Source: Octopus sinensis (lineage: Eukaryota). From it: a stretch of DNA of 64,000 nt. The DNA is taken from contig NW_021833575.1 of assembly GCF_006345805.1 (NCBI RefSeq), positions 17,615 through 81,614 on the forward strand, in the 5' to 3' direction. Shown here piece after piece: positions 54,541 through 64,000 of the stretch. How positions within the stretch are numbered: the first letter of the stretch is position 1; each line of letters opens with the position of its first letter. The notes under the pieces were generated by a model that ran no database searches, was not told where the DNA came from, and saw only the letters and a program-made list of their open reading frames with translations. Made by a program: the position numbers and the translations under genes.

Positions 54541-55154
54541 GGCGGTGAGCTGGCAGAATCGTTAGCACGTCGAGCGAAATGCTTAGCGGTATTTCGTCTG
54601 CCACTACGTTCTGAGTTCAAATTCCGCCGAGGTCGACTTTGCCTTTCATCCTTTCGGGCTCGATAAATAAAGTACCAGTTACGCACTGGGGTCGATATAA
54701 TCGACTTAATCCGTTTGTCTGTCCTTGTTTGTCCTCTCTGTGTTTAGCACCTTGTGGGTAGTAAAGAAATAGATATATGTATTTGAATACATACACATGT
54801 GTGTGTGTGTGTAAATGAATATATAGGCGCAGGAGTGGTTGTGTGGTAAGACGTTTGCTTCCCAACCACATGGTTGCAGGTTCAGTCCCACTGCATGGCA
54901 CCTTGGCCAAGTGTCTTCTACAATAGCTTTGGGTCGAGCAAAGTGGATTTGGTAGACAGAAACTAAAAGAAGCTGGTCGTGTATGTACATATATGTGTGT
55001 GTGTATGTGTGTGTATGTGTGTGTATGTGTATGTGTGTGTGTGTGTGTGCCTGTGTTTGTCCCTCACCATCGCTTGACACCGGCACCGGTTTGTATACCT
55101 CTCTGTAAGCTAGCGGCTCGGCAAAAGCCAGCGATACAATAAGTACCAGGCTTC

Positions 55155-55205
<51 letters not shown>

Positions 55206-55228
55206 TACTGGGGTCGATTTATTCGACC
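54541..55228 (+). mobile_element. SINE B (54541-54771) followed by SINE A (~54825-55228)
   Basis: Match to other copies in the window. Confidence 0.85.
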
Positions 55229-55234
55229 CCACTT

Positions 55235-56140
55235 AATAATTCCATATGTTATGCAAATTAAAAATAACATAGTAAGAAATATTTTTAATTTAATAAACAA
55301 GCATTTTGGAAAAGGAAAGAACAAATACTGTGAGATAATTAATAATAAAACTATTAGAATAGGATACAGTCTTACTCATAATCTGGCCACCGTCATATCC
55401 TCAATTAATAATAAAAAAAACTTGATTATTTCTATCTAAATAGAAAAAATAATTTAGGTAACACAAATCTGTCTTACTGTAACTTAAGATATAATATTTA
55501 TAACAATATAAGTAATAATAATCGAAATGGAAACTATAGTAATAGTAATACTATAACGAGTAATTATAGCATGGATAATATTAATAGAATTAGTAATGAT
55601 AACACTATAGTGTAATAACATAAAATATAGCATAAATAAGAACAATAATATCAATAATAATATGCCGATGGATATGGGAATAATAAGTAATAATGTTAAT
55701 AATATTAACAATAATAATATTGATAATAATGCAGTAGCAATTAATCATAATAAAGTAAAGCAACTACAACAAGCTTATAGGTGCAATTGTAGGATTAGAG
55801 AAAATTGTGTATTTAATAATGACTGCAAGAAAAGGAGGTAGTAAATCAATGTGTAGTAACTACACAACGCAATAATAGAGTCTATATTGGGACTACAAAG
55901 AATAATTTGAAACAGAGACTTAATTATCACAGATATACTTTTAAAAATAGAAATAGGAGTAATTCTACAGGGTTAAGTGCATATATATGGGAGCTTAAGG
56001 ATTAAAAAAAATCAATTATAATTTGCAATGGAAAATACTTATATCTGCACCAGCGTATAATAATAGGAATAAAAAATGCTCATTGTGCATTAATGAGATT
56101 TTCTTCATAATTAGGACTAATCAACCGATTATTAACAATC
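55235..56140 (+). pseudogene. Naiad-like PLE fragment: post-RT region, Asn-rich linker and GIY-YIG endonuclease
   Basis: IPYVMQIKNNI..LINKHF..NNKTIRIGYS; YRCNCRIRENC; RVYIGTTKNNLKQRLNYH..F..STGLSAYIWELK; LQWKIL..APAYNNRNKKCSLCINE; contains frameshifts and stops. Confidence 0.88.
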
Positions 56141-56356
56141 ATGTCTTCATAAATTGGGGTATACTTTCTCCAGATATAAATAACACTTATTATAAAATAC
56201 CCTTTGAAATAGATACAACCAGTTATTATGAGCATTTTTACTTCATTATATTTAGGGGTAAGAAATTGTAATGGGTTATGGGCATATCATTTTTTGTATA
56301 TGTATGTATATGTGTGTAATATATGTATTTGTATGTGAATATGTTTATATATTATA

Positions 56357-56751
56357 CTAGCAGTATCGCCCGGCGTTGCTCGGGTTTGTAAGGGAAATAA
56401 CTATATAAGCATTTTTAGAGAGTTATAGCCAAAAAATAGGGAAAAAATGCATAAAAAATGGAAAAAAAATTAAGGTAAATTTTTTTTAAATCGTTGACAC
56501 ATCGTAGATATTTTTAGAGAGTTACTTCCCTTATATAATAGCGAAAAAAATGCATTAAAATGGAAAAATATGATGGTAAATTTTTTAAATCGTAGACTCA
56601 TCGTAGACGCGCGCTAATACCCAGAAGGGCTCGATATGAATCACGACTATAAGATACCCGGTTTTGGTTACACTGCACCGCAAAATGTGGGAGTAGTTAG
56701 GAATCTAAATCGTAGGAGACAGACACACAACTTCACTCTTATATTTAAAGA
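56357..56751 (-). mobile_element. Complete non-autonomous Helitron
   Basis: Minus strand: a|TCtttaaatataag ... cccgagcaacgccggg hairpin ... CTAG|t, inserted at an AT dinucleotide. Confidence 0.8.
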
Positions 56752-57099
56752 TATAAGCCACGTAGTTATATACACATACTTTGTTATATACGCTTCTTAA
56801 AAGAAAATGTTATTTTGAATACAACATTTATAAAGAATAAAATATTTTTTGGTTTTTCTTAATCCTTTCGTTACTATATTTCTGACCAAAATACACCCCT
56901 TATGTGTTTCAATTAATTTCTAACGTAATCATAAATTTAGTCTGGTTTCATTAAACAACTATAACTTTTTTATTTATCAATATATAATGTGATTTTTGGA
57001 AGATAATTTAATGAAATGTCCTCAACCAATTCTATACTATAATTTTTGTCACAAAGTGACTCTAATTGCAGGTAGATACAGGCAAATTCAACAATATAT

Positions 57100-57562
57100 A
57101 AAATTATTAAAATTTTGTTCAAACATCGCTATAGAAAATGGGTTATTAGCTAATATTCAATTGGGTATACAACAAAATTTTACGATAGAATTTGTTATTC
57201 TGGGTAACTTTCTGTAAAATTATTAAAATTTTGTTCAAACATATCTATAGAAAATGGGTTATTAGCTAATATTCAATTGGGTATACAACAAAATTTTACG
57301 ATAGAATTTGTTATTCTGGGTAACTTTCTGTAAAATTATTAAAATTTTGTTCAAACATCGCTAGAGAAAATGGGTTATTAGCTAATATTCAATTGGGTAT
57401 ACAACAAAATTTTACAATAGAATTTGTTATTCTGGTTAACTTTCTGTAAAATTATTAAAATTTTGTTCAAACATCGCTATAGAAAATGGGTTATTAGCTA
57501 ATATTCAATTGGGTATACAACAAAATTTTACGATAGAATTTGTTATTCTGGGTAACTTTCTG
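57100..57562. repeat. 116-bp tandem repeat, 4 copies
   Basis: Unit starts at ~57100, 57216, 57332 and 57447. Confidence 0.95.
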
Positions 57563-57700
57563 ATACCCATAATAATATTTATGGCAAAATAGGCCTTAAT
57601 TTCATTTAAGGTTGTGGGAAATAACAAACTATCGTTTCTTTCGTTTTGTTTACGTTTAGCGTAACGTTTCGTTTCTGCCGTAATGATTTTAAATGGGCTC
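57540..57700 (-). pseudogene. piggyBac transposase fragment
   Basis: IITAETKRYA...PTTLNEIKAYFAINIIMGIRKLPRI. Confidence 0.75.
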
Positions 57701-59437
57701 ATTCGAAAAAGTAAATAGAAATAGTGTAAGGCTTTACTCTTCTGGGAAAGTCTGTGGCTTGGTGCAGTTTCTTCAGAAAAATCACCGAAAGAAACAGTTT
57801 TTAAATTTTCACTCCATTCAGGTGCTAATTCGTGTTCTTAATCGCTGTCGGATTCACTGTTTTCACTTTAATAGCTGCCAACTTGCAAAGACAAAGGAGG
57901 AGAAGGGTGATAACATCAGTGAAACAATTCGCTCCCTTTGTGTGTGTGTGCGTTTGCGTGTGGTGTAAACCACATTAAGAAAAACATTTGACACACACAC
58001 CAGAATGTGAGTTTTCTGTAAATTTTGCTTAATTGGAGTTTAAATTTTAAAAACTGGACCTGGCATGACGCGATGCATTGTACTCTTAAAAATGCTAGGT
58101 AAATTGTAATTGAAGAAATCCTATATTGTAGATTTGTATAACTCCCAAAGGGAGGCAGATAAAATCTGCCTTTTATAATAAGGGATATTTTTATATAAGT
58201 GTTTATTTGTGTGTACATATTTGTACATTCTTTATATACTTGTACTTGTTTGCAAATATATCTTTATATTTACGTATATTGATATATATTTACATTTATT
58301 TTTTAGTATATAGTTATGCATAAAGTATGTATCAATGTACTAACCATATTAAGGTCACAAATGGATTTGTATATATGTAGATGCATACGTATATATATAT
58401 ATATTTATTTATTTATGTTTATTTGTACGCATGCATGTGGTAGTTTTAAGTATTATGTTATGTTATCTTTCTTGTATATTAGATCTTATGAATAGACTTC
58501 AGTACACTTTTGTGTATGTGATGATCGTATAGGTTTGTATGTATGTAGGGGTATATATATATGTATGTATATGCATATATATATATGTATATATATGTAT
58601 ATATATAATATATATATATATAATATATATATATATAGGTATATACTGGCATCTATGAGTATGCATGTAGTCTGGCTTTTACTGGTATTGGTATTATGTT
58701 TTTACATATTTAAACAATGATGTATAATTACTTGTGGGGTTATAAATACATGTGTATATATATGTATACTCCTTATATACTTGTATTTGTTTGTATGTAT
58801 ATGGAGTTGTATGGGTGTATTGGTGTACATTTACATCTGTTGTTTAATATGTAGCTTTGTGTAAGGTAGGTCTGCATGTACATACATTCATGAATATACT
58901 AGTATTTGTTTAGTTTATGGATATGTGATTTTATTGTATGTACCTTCGCGTGGATCCATTGCATGCTTGTGTATGTGGAAATTGATATATACGTATATAT
59001 ATATATATAATATACGTGTGCTGGTATGTACATATATGGGCGTGTGTGTGTATGAGTGCATAAGGACATGTCTGTATATGAACGTGGTTTTTACGCTTTG
59101 TATACTTCCTTATGTTTTTTTCTGTTACCTTTAACCATGTTTTTTCTTGTGCTTGTGCATATATAGACGTATGTATGAACTTTTATGTTACGCGCGTGTG
59201 TGTATGAGTTTGTATATATATGCGTATACATTTGGCGAAAAATGCGAGTGAAGATGTGTATGTTTTCACAGTGATGTATAAGTACGCACGTGAGTGTGCG
59301 AGCGCACTTGTGAACGTATGAGTAACCATGTTTACGTGTTTACTATGAACTTTTAATCTTATTTTATATAAGTAGCAGAATTACAGTAATTTCCCTTTAT
59401 ATAACGGTTTTTTTTCATAGCGTTTTTCAGATGGCCG

Positions 59438-59498
59438 GATAACCGAAGAGATGGTGTTGTGGATTTCCACTTCGGCATCTGAAACTCAGAGTTTTATC
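59438..59498 (+). ncRNA. Hammerhead-like motif (U4C variant)
   Basis: gataa-CCGAAGA-gatg...catc-t-GAAA-ctc a gag-TT-ttatc. Confidence 0.65.
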
Positions 59499-59672
59499 TT
59501 GACTATTGAGTAATTGTAACATATTATTTTATAGATAAATTTCCTCTATTTACATAATATTGAGGTCTCTTTCTTTCTTTTGTTATCTTACCGTTTTACC
59601 AACACACACACACACACACACACAACACACACACACACACACCACACACACACAATATATATATATATATAT

Positions 59673-59714
<42 letters not shown>

Positions 59715-60047
59715 GTGTGTGTGTAGTAAATGGATGTATGTCCATAGTCTTTAACGTATGTTTATTTGTTTACGTTTGTGGGAGATACGTTTGCGGAGAT
59801 ATGTATGTGAGTACAAAGTATTTCGATAGTATAATCTGATTGGAGCTACTAATGTTTGCTTTTTGTAATATCTATCCATGTATAATTGTTGACATACTTA
59901 TTAATAGAGTTAATTTTGTAGACATCTGTATATTATTGATGTAGGAATGTAGTAGGTGTATGAACATAGGTGTACGGATAAGTGTGTATGTATGTATGTA
60001 TGTTTGAATGTGTATATGTGTCTCTTTATGTGGATTGTAAGAGGGAC

Positions 60048-60093
<46 letters not shown>

Positions 60094-60810
60094 TATATTT
60101 ATATATATTTATTGACAGTATGTGAGAGTATTTTCATTCACATGTATGATTGTATGCTTGTGTATATGCGAATTGATGTATACATATATTTATATGTATT
60201 TCATTGGATGCACGTTTAAGGTGTGCAACGTATGTTTATTTGTTTAAGTGTTTTTTTTATGTGTACATATTTGTACATTCTTTATATACTTGTACATAGC
60301 GTACTATATACTATACATAGCGTAGCTATGTATGTGAGTACAAATGCATCTCGAAGGTATAAAATGCGATTGAAGATATAGTTGTTTGTTTTGTTGTTTT
60401 TTTGCAAATATCTATCCTAGTCTTAGCATATAAATGAATGGACTTTTATATAACAATATATTTAGTTTAGATAAACTAATATGATTTATTTAACTAATAA
60501 TCTGACCTGACCTCCTATTGTTTACAACAAATCAAGTGGATAGGTTCAAACAAATTAGCGAATTGGAAATAGCTTAAGATTTAAAATGATCGCTCCCTAA
60601 CTCCCAATATATTTTTTAAATCTTTAATATGCATAAAACAGAAGCATAACCATTGTGGATTAAATTCAGCTTTGACATAAAGTTTAGAATTACTATTTTG
60701 GATTTTAAATTGAATTTGTTCGCGTTACGTGGATGTATATAGTAATAACTATATTATTATTGTCTGATTTATATACTTATACGCATGTATTTTGTATGCG
60801 CATGTATATA

Positions 60811-60867
<57 letters not shown>

Positions 60868-61310
60868 AATATATATATATGTATATGTATGCATATATAT
60901 ATATTGAACCTTGTATCGTGAATTTTTGATATGTTAGTAGACATTATTATAGTATGTATGATATGTTGAAGATTATCGTTAAAGCAATAATATTGTTGTT
61001 ACTGATAAACATAGTAGTGTATATACGTTCTAATGTATTTACGTAAGTATACGACGCATGGTATATCCAATGTAATATATTGTTCAATGGTGTTCATGAA
61101 TGTATTTTGCGCATGTGAATAGTATGTACGCTTTTCTTGTGTATGTATATGTATGTATATATGTATTTTTTATATGTATATATATGTGTGTGTGTGTGGT
61201 GTGTGTAGTTTTGGATATTTGTTTATTGTTTTATTTTGTATATATTAAGTAATACGTGCAGCATGTTTAGTATATTATATTATTATTATATTTTTAAAGT
61301 TAATTATAAA

Positions 61311-61442
61311 TTCTGACGAGGCCTATGGTTCTTTTAACATAAAAGTATTATATTTTTTAAATGCCTACAACCCTAATATGTTGACATCTATAGGCAATGA
61401 AAATTAGATTCACTTTTGACCATAGGCTGAAACAGCTGTAAG
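61311..61442 (+). ncRNA. Hammerhead ribozyme motif with long stem II and a large loop
   Basis: CTGACGA-ggcctatggtt...gaccataggct-GAAA-cagctg-TA; stem I is weak. Confidence 0.7.
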
Positions 61443-62013
61443 AAGTAGTTCATGGATTTCAATAATTCATAATATGACTTTTAAAATCTGTATTTGTATT
61501 ATTATATTATCTATTGATTTATAAAATATTTTGTATACTTTTGATGTTCTCATTTTGTTAAATGAATAAATAATCCAACATTATAATATCCGTAAGTTGA
61601 TGAACAAACTAAATTTGTTTCTCCATTTTCTTAATTGTATTATAAATTTACGGTAAAAATATTTCTTTACCTTCACCCGTTTAATACAATAAATGAATTA
61701 ATTGCATTGCAATTAAAAACATTTATGTTTTAAGAATTTTGGTACTTTACCAACAGTATATTGGATAATTGATATCCCATAGTGGGTTACACTCATAACC
61801 CCTATCTTACTTTGTACTATATATATATATATCTATATATATATATCTATATATATATATATATAATATATATATATATAAGTTCAGTAAAATTTAGATT
61901 CACTTGAATATGGTACTTAAGTTAAGGGCACCAGAATTTAGTATGGTATTATTCATATAATTCAAAATAGGGTGATTATAATCGAAATAAGCAACAAGGA
62001 TATCAAGATGTAA

Positions 62014-62100
62014 TGCAGTACGATCGTTTCATGCGACTCCATTTAATTGGACAATACAAATATTACATCAATTTAAAATATAGAGCAATCTTCAGCTGCA
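62014..62100 (-). ncRNA. Hammerhead ribozyme motif
   Basis: tgcag-CTGAAGA-ttgc...gcat-GAAA-cgatcg-TA-ctgca. Confidence 0.85.
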
Positions 62101-63172
62101 AAAAATATAGAAATTAGTTAAATTCGAAGGATTCCTTTGTATAGTTTTCTTATTATCCAAAATCACAAAGAGGATAAGTAGATAAAGAACATGTTTCATT
62201 AGCAACATCATAGTTGTAATTGATATCTTTTCACGGGAATATACTGCTTATCATAGATTTTATTTTGTTTTTCTAGGGTATCCAAGTTCAGCGAGATGAA
62301 AGATACGGATAAAAGCTATTCTGAGAATCCATAGAATCCACGAAACATCACCCAAAGCCAAAATGGCGGCGGTTAAGTGCCTAATCTAAATGATGGATTC
62401 AGCCTAACACCCAAAGTAACATACAAATTCTTGATGAAATCCATAATTTATTCGATGGCCATGCCACTAGCATGGCTCTAATCCAATGTTTGAGACTAGT
62501 TAAAGACTAATCGAATCAAAAAATAAATGACTAATTAGTCTTATGTGTTTTTGATTATAAATACATCTGTGGATGGAGTCATGTTTTCTTTTTCCGTTTT
62601 TTATGCGGATTACATAATATTCCTTTCATATATCGATTATCTCCGAGTAAGGATAATTAAATATTATTAATTAGATCCTTATCATTTATATAGATTATGG
62701 TATATATTTCGTAATTTCCCTTTCCTCTACACACACGCGCGCCCGCAAGCACGCATACACACACAGGCACGCAACACACACACAAACATACACAAATATA
62801 CACACATATACACATGTGTAAAAAGATATAGATAGATAGATAGATAGATAGATAGATGCATAGATGTATGTGTGTAATATACATGTATATATGTGTACGT
62901 ATATATTTATAAACGTAGATATATATATATATTTAACACGCATATATATAAATAGTATATATATGGGAATATATATATATATATATATATATCTATATAT
63001 ATATATGGAGATGTATATATATATATACAGAGAAGAATACAGTGTACATTCAAACACAAAAGAGATACCCAAAGAATAGTATATCTGACTCACTAGAAAG
63101 AGCAGTTAAACTCCAAGCCACTAATTGTTGTAATTCCGAAGGTGATTGGAAAATAAAAACTTTTACCTTAAT

Positions 63173-63259
63173 CCTAGACCCTGCAAGGTTTCTGCAGACT
63201 TAAATACAGATTGAAATAAAATAACTTTAGCCCATATCTGGCGCTGCTTCTTCAGTAGG
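63173..63259 (-). ncRNA. Hammerhead ribozyme motif in a (TA)n-flanked element (~63030-63550)
   Basis: ccta-CTGAAGA-agcag...ctgca-GAAA-ccttgcaggg-TC-tagg. Confidence 0.85.
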
Positions 63260-63416
63260 TTGCCAGGACTGAATATATAGACACGGAGCTATAAGTAATC
63301 AGCTACGCTTTTATAGGTTCTAATTTTTCGAATCTACTGCGCAGATGCGGAACTCAACCAGCCCTAAGTAAAATTGCCGATTTTCTTCCAGAATTAGCCA
63401 AAAAACATTTTATCAT

Positions 63417-63548
63417 TAATTAAAATCTTAGGGTAGCAAGAATATTTATCGAAAAAATTCTTAGTTACCAGAACCTATAAACCTTTATAGGTTCTGGAAA
63501 CTAAGAATTTTTTCGATAAATATTCTTGCTACCCTAAGATTTTAATTA
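63417..63548. repeat. Near-perfect palindrome with 65-bp arms and a 2-nt spacer
   Basis: 63417-63481 is the reverse complement of 63484-63548 with one mismatch. Confidence 0.92.
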
Positions 63549-63564
63549 TATAGATATACATTTT

Positions 63565-63812
63565 TTTTACTTGTTTCAGTCATTTTGACTGCGGCCATTC
63601 TGGACCACAGCCTTTCATCGAGCAACTCGACCCCGAGACTTATTCTTTTGTAAGCCCAGTACTTATTCTATCGGTCTCTTTTGCCGAACCGCTAAGTTAC
63701 AGGGACATAAACACACCAGCATCGGTTGTCAAGCAATGCTAGGGGGACAAACACAGACACACAAACATACACGCACATATATATATATATATATATATAA
63801 TATAATATATAT

Positions 63813-63843
<31 letters not shown>

Positions 63844-64000
63844 CGACGGGCTTCTTTCAGTTTCCCTCTACCAAATCCGCTCACAAGCCTTGGTCGGCCC
63901 GAGGCTATAGTAGAAGACACTTGCCCAAGGTGCCACGCAGTGGGAGTGAACCCGGAACCATGTGGTTAGTAAACAAGCTACTTACCACACAGCCACTCCT
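63565..64000 (-). mobile_element. SINE family A
   Basis: Reverse complement of the 9342-9742 family; runs to the window end. Confidence 0.9.

Noticed and set aside
57100-57562. CRISPR-like array
   Set aside because: Whole units repeat with no unique spacers; eukaryotic context and no cas genes

Overview
AT-rich, repeat-saturated eukaryotic DNA. The SINE families and (TA)n/(TACA)n/(GATA)n load suggest an octopus/cephalopod genome (inference). No intact host protein-coding gene is supported, and most ORF-track entries are microsatellite read-throughs. Recognisable elements: two abundant tRNA-derived SINE families; decayed RTE, CR1, L1/Tx1 and R4-like LINE pieces; mariner, Tc1, pogo and piggyBac remnants; Helitron ends; a solo LTR; and two Naiad-like Penelope (PLE) fragments. 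The main signal is a self-cleaving-RNA retroelement system. About 25 hammerhead ribozyme (HHR) motifs, many with atypical cores and palindromic stem III, lie in non-coding units that are mostly inserted at (TA)n tracts. These include two very young tandem arrays (546 bp and 495 bp units, one HHR per unit, retrozyme-like). The 546 bp array abuts a PLE reverse transcriptase that has inverted HHR-bearing terminal repeats and no visible endonuclease. Fold-back ends and shared 3' RNA motifs link these elements. Everything was read by eye, so coordinates of decayed elements are approximate.
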